DNA from: Proteobacteria bacterium UBA6503
GTDB taxonomy: Bacteria; Pseudomonadota; Alphaproteobacteria; UBA1280; UBA6503
Reading direction: 5' to 3'
Length of the DNA: 64,000 bases
NCBI GenBank assembly: GCA_002436405.1
Contig: DJLZ01000001.1
Location: 270,001 to 334,000 of the forward strand
The notes under the pieces: model-generated
Database searches by the model: none
Told to the model about the DNA's origin: nothing
The model's input: only the letters and a program-made list of their open reading frames with translations
Translations under genes and position numbers: made by a program
Part shown: piece after piece, positions 28,627-38,880 of the stretch
Layout of the letters: every line of letters starts with the position of its first letter
Numbering within the stretch: the first letter of the stretch is position 1

Positions 28627-31062
28627 ATGACACCCATTAGCATTGCCTTGGCCATTGTGGCCGTATACCTGCTAACCTTCTGGGGCCGTGCCTACGGCGC
28701 CGTGGTTACAGCGGCAGGTTTCTTGTTTTATGCATGGTATGAAGCCAAACCAGCTGACCCAGCCTTTTTTGAAATGTGCCTTTGGGTCGCTGTAGCGGTT
28801 GCCATTGTGTTTGGCGTAAAGCCAATCCGCCGTGTGCTGGTTTCTCGCCATCTGATGAAAGTTGCCCGTAAAGCAATGCCAAAAATGGGTGACACTGAGC
28901 GTATTGCCCTTGAAGCTGGTACCGTGTGGTTTGATGGTGACCTTTTCTCAGGTAAGCCAAACTTTAAAAAACTTCTGGATACCAAGTTCACTAAACTTAC
29001 TAAAGAAGAAAAAGAGTTTATTGAAGGCCCAACCGAAGAACTTTGCGCCATGCTTGACGACTGGCAAATTGCCCAAGAGCGTGACCTACCAAAACCAGTT
29101 TGGGACTTTATTAAGAAACACAAATTCCTCGGTATGGTTATCCCGAAAGAGCATGGCGGCCTTGGCTTTGGTGCCCTTGCCCACTCAGAGGTGATTAGCC
29201 GAATTTCAAGCCGTAGCATTACGGCTGGTGTTACCGTTATGGTGCCAAACTCATTAGGGCCGGGTGAGCTTTTGTCTCACTACGGTACTGACGAGCAGAA
29301 AAAACAGTACCTACCAAACCTTGCTATTGGTAAGGAAATCCCATGTTTTGCCCTAACCGAACCTCACGCAGGTTCTGACGCTGCTGGCATGCGCAGTGTT
29401 GGTATTGTAGAAGAAGGCACTTACAAAGGTAAAAAGACACTAGGTATCCGTATCAGCTTTAACAAGCGCTACATTACCCTTGCCCCTATTGCCACTGTGA
29501 TGGGCTTGGCCTTTAAAATGTATGACCCTCAAAAACTTTTGGGCGGTGAAGAAGAATACGGCATTACATGTGCCCTTATCCCGACCGACCACAAAGGGGT
29601 TAAAATTGGTAACCGCCACGACCCTATGGGCGTGCCATTTATGAACGGCCCTATTCAGGGTGAAGATGTGTTCATCCCGATTGATTGGATTATTGGTGGT
29701 AAAGAATACGCTGGCCAAGGCTGGAAAATGCTTATGGAACAGCTTTCAGCTGGCCGTGGTATTTCACTGCCATCACTTTCAGTAAGTGGTACGCAACTTG
29801 CCGCCCGCACCATTGGTGCTTACGGCACCGTGCGTGAGCAGTTTGGTATTGCTATTGGTAAAATGGAAGGCGTACGCGAGCCTGCAGCCCGTATTGCCGC
29901 CCACGCCTACTTTATGGATGCGACACGCCACCTAGCGTGTGCTGCTGTTGATGCTGGTGAAAAACCATCTGTGATTTCAGCCATCTCAAAAGCCTACATG
30001 ACTGAAGGCATGCGTGCCTGCGTAAACGACGCAATGGACATCCAAGGTGGTGCTGCCATTTGTCGTGGCCCGAAAAACATCTTTGCCCGTGGGTACGATG
30101 CTATCCCTGTGGGGATTACTGTTGAGGGTTCAAACACCCTAACACGTTCGATGATTATTTTCGGCCAAGGGGCAATCCGTTGCCACAAGCACATGCAAAA
30201 CCTTGTTGAAAGCCTTGCCGATAATGACGTGAAGAAGTTTGACCTTGCCCTATTTGGCTGGATGAACGACATGGCGAAACATAAGGTACGTTCGTTCTTC
30301 TACGGCGTGACTGGTGGTGCATTTATTACCCCACCTCAAGGCCTACCGAAAAAAGGCAAGAAGTATACAAACGACTATAAACGCCTAACGCATTTCTCTA
30401 CCAACTTTGCGTTCTTGGCTGACGTTGCCTTGCTAAGCCTAGGTGGTGGCCTAAAAGCCAAACAACACCTAAGCGGCCGCTACGCTGATGCCCTAAGCTG
30501 GATGCTGATTTGCTCGGCCACACTAAAACGCCATCATGACAATGGCTACCCGAAAGAGCATGAGCCTCTCGTGCGTTGGACGCTAGAACACGGCTACAAG
30601 GAAATTGAAGATGCCTTTGACGGCATTACCCGCAACTTCCCGAACCGTGCTATTGGCGCTGCAAGCACCATGATTATGTGCCGCCTATGGAACAAATCAG
30701 AAGGCCCAAGCGATAAACTTACAGCCAAAGTGGCTAGTGCCCTGTTTAACGAAGACGACAAGGTCCGTGAAGCAATTACACAGACTGTTTTCGTCCCTTC
30801 AGCAAACGACCCTAGCCTAGGTATGCTTGAAGCTGCCTATAAGGCGATTATCGATGCTGCTGACGTTCGTAAGAAGATCGAACGTGCACGCCGTAAAGGC
30901 ACGATTGAGAAATCAGCCGTGTTGGTTATGGCAAAGCAAGCGCTTGATGCCAAAGTTATTACAAAAGCTGAGTACAACAAGATTGAAAAAGCTGAAACCC
31001 TGCGCGACCAAGCCGTGCAGGTTGATAACTTTGAACCTAAAGCCTACAAAGGTATGCGCTAA
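28627..31062 (+). CDS. fadE: Long-form acyl-CoA dehydrogenase (FadE type)
   Basis: 811 aa. N-terminal membrane-associated segment, ACAD core motifs (TEPHAGSDAAGM). Size and architecture match FadE. Confidence 0.8.
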   Translation: MTPISIALAIVAVYLLTFWGRAYGAVVTAAGFLFYAWYEAKPADPAFFEMCLWVAVAVAIVFGVKPIRRVLVSRHLMKVARKAMPKMGDTERIALEAGTVWFDGDLFSGKPNFKKLLDTKFTKLTKEEKEFIEGPTEELCAMLDDWQIAQERDLPKPVWDFIKKHKFLGMVIPKEHGGLGFGALAHSEVISRISSRSITAGVTVMVPNSLGPGELLSHYGTDEQKKQYLPNLAIGKEIPCFALTEPHAGSDAAGMRSVGIVEEGTYKGKKTLGIRISFNKRYITLAPIATVMGLAFKMYDPQKLLGGEEEYGITCALIPTDHKGVKIGNRHDPMGVPFMNGPIQGEDVFIPIDWIIGGKEYAGQGWKMLMEQLSAGRGISLPSLSVSGTQLAARTIGAYGTVREQFGIAIGKMEGVREPAARIAAHAYFMDATRHLACAAVDAGEKPSVISAISKAYMTEGMRACVNDAMDIQGGAAICRGPKNIFARGYDAIPVGITVEGSNTLTRSMIIFGQGAIRCHKHMQNLVESLADNDVKKFDLALFGWMNDMAKHKVRSFFYGVTGGAFITPPQGLPKKGKKYTNDYKRLTHFSTNFAFLADVALLSLGGGLKAKQHLSGRYADALSWMLICSATLKRHHDNGYPKEHEPLVRWTLEHGYKEIEDAFDGITRNFPNRAIGAASTMIMCRLWNKSEGPSDKLTAKVASALFNEDDKVREAITQTVFVPSANDPSLGMLEAAYKAIIDAADVRKKIERARRKGTIEKSAVLVMAKQALDAKVITKAEYNKIEKAETLRDQAVQVDNFEPKAYKGMR

Positions 31063-31084
31063 GTTATAGCCATGCCTATGTATT

Positions 31085-31118
31085 AAAAAACCGCCCGTAG
31101 CAATACGGGCGGTTTTTG
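31085..31118. terminator. Bidirectional rho-independent terminator between fadE and sulP
   Basis: aaaaaaccgcccgtagcaatacgggcggtttttg. Confidence 0.65.
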
Positions 31119-31161
31119 TTTGGCTAGAAGTATAACCAGAAGTATGGCCAGAAGCTGAGGA

Positions 31162-32784
31162 TTACTCTTCAGCCTCTTCGTATTTACCACTCTTCGTCGC
31201 AGCTTCAAGCGCCTTCAAACGTGATGGGAACCATTGGCAACCCTTCTCGTAATGAGCATCATCAAGCACAGCCTTTAGGCCTTTTTTCACAGCGTCATTT
31301 GCGCCAGCAAGGTAAAGGTCTTGTTTTGACGTTACAGCGTCACGAATAATATCTTCAATCGCTTTTGCGGCTGATAGATCAAGGAATGGCACTGTACTAA
31401 AGTCGATAATAATCAGGCCATTTTTACTCATGTTGCTACGCATGCGGTGTGAAAGTTCAGCCGCTGCACCAAAGCTAAGTGGGCCACTAAAGGCGTACAA
31501 TGTTGTACGGCTGCGGATTTTAGCAAACAGCTTACGCTCTTTGTCGCTGCTTAGGCTTTCTGGGGTTTGGGCAAGGCTTTCAAGCTGAAGGTCAGCCATT
31601 TGCTTTACAAACGCTAGTGAAGCCAAAACCACACCCACAGCAACCGCTGTAATAAGGTCAACAAAGATGGTCATCACCAAAACCAGCGCCATCAAGGCAA
31701 GGTCAAAGCGTGGGCCACGGTGCGCCATTTTTAGGTAGTTCCAGTCAATAATGTCGTAACCTACCTTAATCAAGATAGCCGCCAACACTGTATGCGGGAT
31801 TTTTGCCGCCAATGGGCTTAGCGCCAACACAACACCTAATAGCAAGAGTGCATGCACCATACCTGATAGGCGTGATACACCACCTGAACGGATGTTAATC
31901 ACCGTACGCATGGTTGCACCCGCACCTGGAATCGCACCAAACAAACCAGCTACAGCGTTACCCAAACCTTGACCAAACAACTCTTTGTTTGATTTATGCT
32001 TGGTGCTGGTCATGTTGTCAGCCACAAGTGAGGTCAGCAGGCTATCAATACTACCCAGTACTGCTAGCAAGAAGGCCGCCTCTACAATAATAAAGGCATT
32101 GCCCATATCAATGGTTGGCATTACAAAATCAGGGAAGCCTGTTGGGATATCACCCAAAATTGGTGCACCTGTAAAGAACAAGCTCAGCACAGTACCTACA
32201 ATCAGCGCCACCAACGGTGTTGGGATGAAGCGTGAAAGGCTCTTCGGGTAGAAGAACAAAATACCTAGCGTAATGGCACCAAGGGCTGTCGCCACAAGGT
32301 TAGGGTCCATCACAGCACTCGGGATTGAGGTTAGCGCCGGAATTGTCCCCGCTTCGGCAGGCTCATGGCCAAACAAGCGTGACACTTGCAGCGCAATAAT
32401 AATGCCGCCAATACCGCTCATGAAGCCTGAAATTACTGGGTATGGCACTAGGCGAATGTAGTTACCTAGCTTAAACACACCAAAAGCAATCATCATCAGA
32501 CCACCAAGGAAGACCGATGTAAACACAAGCTCAGGGTTACCGTTAAGGCTTGCGTACAAGCCCGCAAAGACCACAACCATTGGGCCGGTAGGGCCTGTAA
32601 TTTGGGTATTGGTACCACCAAAAGCAGCGGCCAAAAAGCCCACAATAATCGCACCCCATAGGCCAGCAATTGGGCCAGCACCTGAGGCTTCACCAAAGGC
32701 AAGTGCCAATGGCAGGGCAATTACACCGGCAATAATACCGCCGTAAAGGTCACCCTTTAGGTTTTTCATGTCATATTTAAGCAT
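31162..32784 (-). CDS. SulP-family anion transporter with C-terminal STAS domain (BicA-like)
   Basis: 540 aa. Multi-TM core plus STAS. Co-directional with the beta-carbonic anhydrase 54 bp upstream. Confidence 0.8.
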   Translation of the reverse strand: MLKYDMKNLKGDLYGGIIAGVIALPLALAFGEASGAGPIAGLWGAIIVGFLAAAFGGTNTQITGPTGPMVVVFAGLYASLNGNPELVFTSVFLGGLMMIAFGVFKLGNYIRLVPYPVISGFMSGIGGIIIALQVSRLFGHEPAEAGTIPALTSIPSAVMDPNLVATALGAITLGILFFYPKSLSRFIPTPLVALIVGTVLSLFFTGAPILGDIPTGFPDFVMPTIDMGNAFIIVEAAFLLAVLGSIDSLLTSLVADNMTSTKHKSNKELFGQGLGNAVAGLFGAIPGAGATMRTVINIRSGGVSRLSGMVHALLLLGVVLALSPLAAKIPHTVLAAILIKVGYDIIDWNYLKMAHRGPRFDLALMALVLVMTIFVDLITAVAVGVVLASLAFVKQMADLQLESLAQTPESLSSDKERKLFAKIRSRTTLYAFSGPLSFGAAAELSHRMRSNMSKNGLIIIDFSTVPFLDLSAAKAIEDIIRDAVTSKQDLYLAGANDAVKKGLKAVLDDAHYEKGCQWFPSRLKALEAATKSGKYEEAEE

Positions 32785-32837
32785 TACAAAATGCTCCTTT
32801 TTATAAAAAGGTTAAAATTCGGATATGTTCAGATTGG

Positions 32838-33506
32838 TTACGCTTCTTTAGGCGCGCGGTCAGCATGCAGTGATGCTTGCTCGGCTTCCATCAATAGCTC
32901 TTCAAACGTATCGGTTTTTTCGTTGTAGGCTTTAAATGTGCCTTTACCAATATCGTAAACCCAACCGTGCAGCTTCACTTTGCCTGATTGCAGGCGTGCC
33001 GCAACATACGGGTGTGTGCGTAGGTGCTGCAACTGTAGCAAAACGTTACGCTCGATAAGGTTTTCCAAAACTTTATCTTCATCGTCTGAGTTAAAGTTTT
33101 CTTGCACGTTCAGAACAGCCGCTTCGCAGTGGCCTAGCCATTCGCACACGTGTGGCAGCTTCGTTAGTGCATCACGGTTTAGGGCACCTTTCATGGCGCC
33201 GCAGTCAGTATGGCCACATACAACAATGTGCTTAACACCAAGTACGCCCACGGCGTATTCGGTCGAAGCTGTTGTACCGCCCGTTGCAAGGGCGTGTGGT
33301 GGCACAATGTTACCCGCATTACGGATAATAAACAGGTCACCCGGGTCACTTTGTGTAATAAGGCTTGGGTCTACTCGTGAGTCAGAGCAGGTAATAAACA
33401 AAACATCTGGGCTCTGTCCTGTTGCAAGCTTGTTAAAAAGCTCTTGTTGTTCTTGGTATGCGCCCTCTTTAAATCGTCTGGCACCATCAATAATCTTATC
33501 GACCAT
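32838..33506 (-). CDS. can: Beta-class carbonic anhydrase
   Basis: 222 aa. CSDSRV and HTDCGA zinc-ligand motifs. Confidence 0.85.
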   Translation of the reverse strand: MVDKIIDGARRFKEGAYQEQQELFNKLATGQSPDVLFITCSDSRVDPSLITQSDPGDLFIIRNAGNIVPPHALATGGTTASTEYAVGVLGVKHIVVCGHTDCGAMKGALNRDALTKLPHVCEWLGHCEAAVLNVQENFNSDDEDKVLENLIERNVLLQLQHLRTHPYVAARLQSGKVKLHGWVYDIGKGTFKAYNEKTDTFEELLMEAEQASLHADRAPKEA

Positions 33507-33543
33507 GTCTCGTATTTATCCTCGTGTTTTATTATGTTTTTAA

Positions 33544-33564
33544 ACAGTATGATTTTGATACTGT
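33544..33564. promoter_or_regulatory. Inverted repeat ACAGTAT-N7-ATACTGT in the can-sulP promoter region (candidate operator)
   Basis: Read directly. Lies ~40-60 nt upstream of the can start on the minus strand. Confidence 0.3.
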
Positions 33565-33757
33565 ATTGAAAGGTTATACGAATCCGCCTCAAATGAAAAC
33601 AAAAACCGAACGTTGGGGGGGGTGCTGCAAAGCAGTGTTCAGTATTTGCTTACAGGGTTGAGACGGATCCACTGTTGCATAATACTAGTGTGACGCCTGC
33701 CCAAAACAAAACCCCGCACATAATCGTACGGGGTTTTATAAAAAGCTTATTTTTACT

Positions 33758-34216
33758 TTAAACGGTAGCTTTACGGGGCATGAGCATCAGCCATTCTTGG
33801 CTTAGTAGTGGTTGGCCATCCGCAAGTGTCGTTACATGGACACGCACATACCCACGCTCTGAACGTTTTGAGGCGCGTAGGTCTACCACTTCCATTTTTG
33901 CCTGCAATGTCGCACCTGGCAAAAGCGGCTTCATAAAGCGTACTTTATCAACTTCCATCCCGATAAGGGGTGTATTGCCAAATGGCTTAGCTTCAGCCAT
34001 TAGGCGAATTGTGCTTGAAAGCGTATGCCACCCGCTGCCCACAAGTTGGCCAAAAAAGGTGTCTTTGGCTTGTTCTTCATCGGTGTGCATTGGCTGCGGG
34101 TCAAAGGTTGAGGCAAACTCAATAATCTGGTTTTTATCAAGCTTTAGTGTGCCCGATTCATAAACCTGACCAATTTCTAAATCATCCCAGTAAATGTCTT
34201 TTGCTGCGTTTGCCAT
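33758..34216 (-). CDS. MaoC-like (R)-specific enoyl-CoA hydratase / hot-dog fold dehydratase
   Basis: Start at the internal Met MANAAKDIYWDDLEIGQ. ~152 aa, hot-dog fold signature. Terminator downstream. Confidence 0.65.
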   Translation of the reverse strand: MANAAKDIYWDDLEIGQVYESGTLKLDKNQIIEFASTFDPQPMHTDEEQAKDTFFGQLVGSGWHTLSSTIRLMAEAKPFGNTPLIGMEVDKVRFMKPLLPGATLQAKMEVVDLRASKRSERGYVRVHVTTLADGQPLLSQEWLMLMPRKATV

Positions 34217-34306
34217 GGGTATACCTTTTTCATGTGTATTTGTTTGAGGGTCAAAATAGTATAAACTGCGTATAAAGAATAGCCCAAACAAAGGATAACC
34301 CGCAAT

Positions 34307-34882
34307 ATGGCGCAAGCCCTTCTTCAAAAAACCAAGCAGCACCTTGCCCCTGCCCCGTCAATTTTCCTGAAAATTTTGGCCGTTATTTGGTTTACACCTA
34401 TTTATGCAGGTGCAATGATTTGCCTTGGCCGGCTTATCCTTTTCCTTGACCGTAAAGCAGGCTTATGGATTTTGGGCGAGTCTTTCCAAAACACTGTTTT
34501 ATACACCAGTGCCGTATACTACCTCCTTTTGCTGACCTACCTTGCCTTTACTAAACGTGTTTGGGTGCCTAACAATTTTTTACGTTACAGCGTTCGCTAT
34601 CTATTTGCGCTTCCTAAATGGCTTAAAAGACTGCCTGCATATGGCTTGTCATTCTTCCCGGGCTTCGTTTATGTGTTTATTGTTATGATGGATATTATCA
34701 GCACCCTACGCACGTACGTTGGGCCAACCATTACCGATGAAAATGTTGGACTTCAGACAGCTATCGTAACGCTTATTTCAATAAGCCTAAGCTGGGCCTT
34801 TAGTGCTTACATTACTCACCGTCTATTAAACCGTGTGCATTTTTTAAAAGTACACGCCCTGCACGACCTGAAGAAACAATAG
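34307..34882 (+). CDS. Polytopic membrane protein of unknown function
   Basis: 191 aa, 4-5 TM. Confidence 0.4.
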   Translation: MAQALLQKTKQHLAPAPSIFLKILAVIWFTPIYAGAMICLGRLILFLDRKAGLWILGESFQNTVLYTSAVYYLLLLTYLAFTKRVWVPNNFLRYSVRYLFALPKWLKRLPAYGLSFFPGFVYVFIVMMDIISTLRTYVGPTITDENVGLQTAIVTLISISLSWAFSAYITHRLLNRVHFLKVHALHDLKKQ

Positions 34883-34892
34883 AGGTTTAACC

Positions 34893-35507
34893 ATGCGCTT
34901 TTTCAAACTTGCTGCTTTTATTCTGCTTCCCCTCATGCTGACGGCATGCGGCATCAAGGTCGTTTCACGGGTGACCAATTTTTATGACGCCCCTAAAATG
35001 ACAGCGGGCGGCACTTATTACATTGCCCCAACGGCTGATAAAGACACCAGCCTAGAACACCAAAGCCATATGGCGGCTATTAAGCGCAAACTAAATGCGG
35101 CTGGCTTTACTGAAAGTACACAAGAAAAGGCCGACTATGCCGTTGCCATTTCATACGGTATTGACGGCGGCAAAACCACAACCTCGATTGCGCCTATTTA
35201 CGGTCAAATTGGGGGTGGGTATTCAGCAGGTTCAGTTTATGTAGCCCCAACCTACGGCATGATTGGTACCGACTACGAAACCACAACCATCTTCACCCGC
35301 TTTGTGCAGATGGATATTTTTGACCAAGCCGCCAGTACTGCTAATAAACCCGTCAAAGTATTTGAAGGCAAAGCCATTAGCCAAGGCACCGCCCCCAGCT
35401 TTAACCAAGTTTCACAATGTCTGATTGATGCCTTGTTCTTCAATTTCCCCGGCGAAGATGGCAAAACCAAGGTCATCAAAATCAAAGGCAAAGAGTGTAT
35501 GAAGTAG
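34893..35507 (+). CDS. Lipoprotein of unknown function
   Basis: Lipobox LMLTACG. 204 aa. Confidence 0.45.
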   Translation: MRFFKLAAFILLPLMLTACGIKVVSRVTNFYDAPKMTAGGTYYIAPTADKDTSLEHQSHMAAIKRKLNAAGFTESTQEKADYAVAISYGIDGGKTTTSIAPIYGQIGGGYSAGSVYVAPTYGMIGTDYETTTIFTRFVQMDIFDQAASTANKPVKVFEGKAISQGTAPSFNQVSQCLIDALFFNFPGEDGKTKVIKIKGKECMK

Positions 35508-35508
35508 C

Positions 35509-36234
35509 ATGGATGATTTTTTCTCAACATTAGTAGGGGCTGTCCTAGCTTTTTATTTTGGTTTAGGGCTCTACAAACGCCAAAAAAAGCAAGAAAATAT
35601 ATCATATTTGCACCATTGCATCGCTGCCCTAAGTCAGCTCAACAACCACGCCTATGGCTTCAAAAAACAAGTGGTCATGGATAGAAAAAACGAGGCCATA
35701 TCTGTCTTCCTTATTCTCAATGGGCACATCCCGCTAACAGCACCTACTAAGCTCTCAATATCAAATAATTCTAACTACATCTTTTCAGGAACATTCAAAC
35801 ATGGACTCTCTATAGAAAGACTAAGTTTCATCGCGGAACATTCACCCAATATTCTAATATTAATTGGCTCATTGATTAACTCGGTTGAAAAACTAAATCT
35901 AATGGTAGATGAGATAAACTCAGAAATACTAAGTCTTATGGATAGAAATGAGCCACTTCCGTTGGAAAGAGTGAAATTCATTCTCCAACGAGGGTTACTA
36001 CTAAGTGAACAAGTTGATGAGCTCATTTCTTTCAACGAAAAGACCTTAAAAGTCCTTATTTCTTTTGGATATAAGCGATATCGTAAAAACATGTCTATTA
36101 GCAAATCTGATATCATTGAAGAATACGAAGAGTTCCGACCTGCACCCCTTAAGGGTTGGGGTGATGATTCTGGATGGATCAGTACTAAACGACCCGTCTG
36201 GCACAAGCTTTATAAATGGTTCATGACTCAATAA
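35509..36234 (+). CDS. Low-GC orphan protein with N-terminal TM helix, adjacent to tRNA-Ala
   Basis: 241 aa. DNA about 36-38% GC against a 47-50% background. One N-terminal TM, then a helical cytoplasmic domain. No recognisable family. Confidence 0.45.
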   Translation: MDDFFSTLVGAVLAFYFGLGLYKRQKKQENISYLHHCIAALSQLNNHAYGFKKQVVMDRKNEAISVFLILNGHIPLTAPTKLSISNNSNYIFSGTFKHGLSIERLSFIAEHSPNILILIGSLINSVEKLNLMVDEINSEILSLMDRNEPLPLERVKFILQRGLLLSEQVDELISFNEKTLKVLISFGYKRYRKNMSISKSDIIEEYEEFRPAPLKGWGDDSGWISTKRPVWHKLYKWFMTQ

Positions 36235-36367
36235 CCATAGCCTCTACAGCGCGCACTTGGTTTACGCCACGCTCGCGGTTGGGCAATATCTTCACGAGGT
36301 GGCACAATTCACGTAGCCGACTGCCACAAACAAAAAAACGCCCCTAGTCGGGGCGTTTTTGAATTTT

Positions 36368-36444
36368 TGGTGGAGCTAAGCGGGATCGAACCGCTGACCT
36401 CATCGCTGCCAGCGATGCGCTCTCCCAGCTGAGCTATAGCCCCA
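36368..36444 (-). tRNA. tRNA-Ala (anticodon GGC), G3:U70 identity pair, encoded CCA
   Basis: Reverse complement GGGGCTATAGCTCAGCTGGGAGAGGCGCATCGCTGGCAGCGATGAGGTCAGCGGTTCGATCCCGCTTAGCTCCACCA. Anticodon loop CTGGCAG. Confidence 0.85.
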
Positions 36445-36701
36445 CACCATGTAGGAAAGTAAATTCTTTTTACTCAAGCCCTGTTTAAATTGCAACTGTT
36501 TTTTACATTCCCCTTCATACGGGGCGTTTAATTAAGGGCCCCACCCCCGCTTGAAAAGGTAAAAAACTTGACTATCTAGTATCTGCTATGACTATATTAA
36601 GGCCTAGTTCTTAATATCTTCCTTCTTACATTTTCTCTTTTTTCTCTTACTGAAGAGGCCGAAATTCTTCGTCCTCCCTCCAAACTTTAAGGAACTCAAT
36701 T

Positions 36702-38165
36702 ATGACGACCCTTTCTGGTGATATGAATGTGCTCGACGTTCGCGTGGGCAAAGTTGCAACCGCCGCTACGCTGCAAATCGTCCTCGCGACGACTGCCGGC
36801 AAGCTGCTGAGCAACGGTGCCGACTACATGGGCTCGGAAGCGAAAAACGTGACCAAGTTCATCAAGGAATCGCGCCCGTCGGTTGGCGATGTTGTGCATC
36901 TGCCGATGCCCGGCCGCGCCAAGGTGTGTGCCATCATCGTTGCGGAAACGCAGACCGAAGCCACGCTCGAAGCCCTTGGTGAGAAAATCACCAAGCTCGC
37001 CAACAGCAAGGACTATACCGCGGTAACGCTGGTGATCGAAACCTTCGGCCTCAACGCCGATGTGGTCGCCGCCAAGCTGACCTACGGTATGCAGTTTGCA
37101 ACCAACGCCCTTTCGATGAAGAGCGATGCGAAGCAGGACGTGCTGAAGAAGGTCTACCTTTATGGTGAAGAGCTGACGTCGAACAGCGCTGCGGCTACCG
37201 CAGCTATCGAAGACGCCACGCACAACGCCATGGGCAGCATCCTGATGCGTACGCTGATTCAGCTTCCGCCGAACGTACTGGGCACCCGCCAGCTGCTTGC
37301 AGTTGCGCAGGGCCTGAAGAAGTACAACAAGGATGTGAAGGTCAGCGTCAAGGTGGTCAAGGACGGCATGAACTTCGGCGCGATGGCCGCGGTTGGTCGT
37401 GTTTCGAACCAGGATTCGCTCCTGATCGAAATCCGCTACGAAGGTGATGCCAATGCACCGCTGACGGCACTCGTCGGCAAGGGCCTGGTGTTCGATACCG
37501 GTGGTATCAACCTGAAGTCCAACGGTGGTACTGGCATGAAGGGCGACATGGGCGGCAGCGCCATGGTTCTGGGAACGATGTTCTCGGCCATTCTCCGCAA
37601 GGAGAAAGTCAACCTCATCGGTGTGATTGGTGCTGTGTGTAACGACATCGGCCCCGATGCGTATCGCCCGGACGAGGTTCTGACGGCCCGCAACGGCACG
37701 ACGATCGAAGTCACGAACACGGATGCCGAAGGGCGTCTGGTGCTGGCCGACTGCCTCAGCTACACTGAGGAAAAGTACAGCCCTGTGCGTATGTTCAGCT
37801 TTGCGACCCTAACGGGCGCAGCTGTGGTGGCCCATGGTCGCCGTGCGCCTGTGTTCTCGGACGATGATACGTTCGCCGCTGACCTTGTCGACTCGGCCAA
37901 TGCCGCAGGCGATATGGTGGCGCACGTCATCATGGACGACTACCTGAAGCCGAGCCTCAACAGCTCGATTGCGGATACGCGCAATACCTCGACGGGCCGT
38001 ATGTGTGGTCATACCACGGCAGCGATCTTTTTGAACAAGTTCGTCGCCAAGACCCCGTACATGCACGTCGACATTGCTGGTGCGTCTGACATCAACGGCC
38101 CCGGTGGTGGTGCCTTTGGTGTTCCGATGATGCTTCGCTATCTGACGACCTACGCTCGTGGGTAA
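36702..38165 (+). CDS. M17-family leucyl aminopeptidase-like protein, cassette C, strongly GC3-rich (foreign composition)
   Basis: 487 aa. VGKGLVFDTGGINLK and the NTDAEGRLVLAD signature of cytosol aminopeptidases. GC clearly above surrounding genes. CT-rich leader and own promoter-like element. Confidence 0.8.
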   Translation: MTTLSGDMNVLDVRVGKVATAATLQIVLATTAGKLLSNGADYMGSEAKNVTKFIKESRPSVGDVVHLPMPGRAKVCAIIVAETQTEATLEALGEKITKLANSKDYTAVTLVIETFGLNADVVAAKLTYGMQFATNALSMKSDAKQDVLKKVYLYGEELTSNSAAATAAIEDATHNAMGSILMRTLIQLPPNVLGTRQLLAVAQGLKKYNKDVKVSVKVVKDGMNFGAMAAVGRVSNQDSLLIEIRYEGDANAPLTALVGKGLVFDTGGINLKSNGGTGMKGDMGGSAMVLGTMFSAILRKEKVNLIGVIGAVCNDIGPDAYRPDEVLTARNGTTIEVTNTDAEGRLVLADCLSYTEEKYSPVRMFSFATLTGAAVVAHGRRAPVFSDDDTFAADLVDSANAAGDMVAHVIMDDYLKPSLNSSIADTRNTSTGRMCGHTTAAIFLNKFVAKTPYMHVDIAGASDINGPGGGAFGVPMMLRYLTTYARG

Positions 38166-38181
38166 CCACTTGTAACGATGA

Positions 38182-38228
38182 GAACCGCTCCCCTAAGTTT
38201 TATACTTTTGGGGGGCGGTTCTTTTTTT
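38182..38228 (+). terminator. Rho-independent terminator (12-bp stem with G-U wobble, T7 tract)
   Basis: gaaccgctcccctaagttttatacttttggggggcggttcttttttt. Confidence 0.7.
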
Positions 38229-38427
38229 GTACCTACATGCCCAAAACGCTTAAATATCTAATTTACTTGCACAAATAGGCAAAATTCAATAAATTGAGGT
38301 TATTGAATTTTTCTTATTTTTCGTTTTCCCCATTTCTCATTCTCTACATCCCCACTGTTTGGGGTGGTGACATATAAGGACATTTGTCACGACGTAACCG
38401 GAAGGGCTCCCTTCCTAGGAGACTCAT

Positions 38428-38880
38428 ATGAAAATCCGTATTCCCCTTTTGGCGGCAGGCATTCTGTCGCTCACGCTGTTGGGTGGTTGTTCAACCATGA
38501 ATCAGCATGAAGGCACTCTGCTGCAAACGGCCCGTTTGGGTTGTAACCTTGCAGGCTTCGGCCGCGGGATTTGCCGCATGGGTATGGATTACTTCATTGA
38601 AAAAAATGAAAACGAGATGTACGACGCCCTCGGCAACATTATTGTTACCGCAGAGCTGAATACCCTCACCCCTTGGGTCACTGATAACGAAACAGGCGAA
38701 GTTGTGGTGCGAGAAATCCGCCCGACCGAGTTTGAAGGTGTGGTCATCTATAACGTGGCGTATACCACCCACCGTGAAGATGGCACCATCAAAAGCTACC
38801 AAGAGGTACGCATGCTCGCCCTCACCAACAGTGAAGGCACACGCTACTTGTGGCAGCAAAATATAGTGCCCGCAGGTTAA
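38428..38880 (+). CDS. Lipoprotein of unknown function, cassette D
   Basis: 150 aa. Lipobox LTLLGGCS. CT-rich leader carries the inverted repeat GTGACA-N12-TGTCAC. Terminator aaacccccacctttgtgggggctttcttttt follows. Confidence 0.5.
   Translation: MKIRIPLLAAGILSLTLLGGCSTMNQHEGTLLQTARLGCNLAGFGRGICRMGMDYFIEKNENEMYDALGNIIVTAELNTLTPWVTDNETGEVVVREIRPTEFEGVVIYNVAYTTHREDGTIKSYQEVRMLALTNSEGTRYLWQQNIVPAG

Noticed and set aside
33593-33620. G8 homopolymer (gttggggggggtgc) in the can/MaoC intergenic region as a possible phase-variation tract
   Set aside because: It is not inside or at the start of any ORF and not obviously positioned in a promoter spacer. Noted only.
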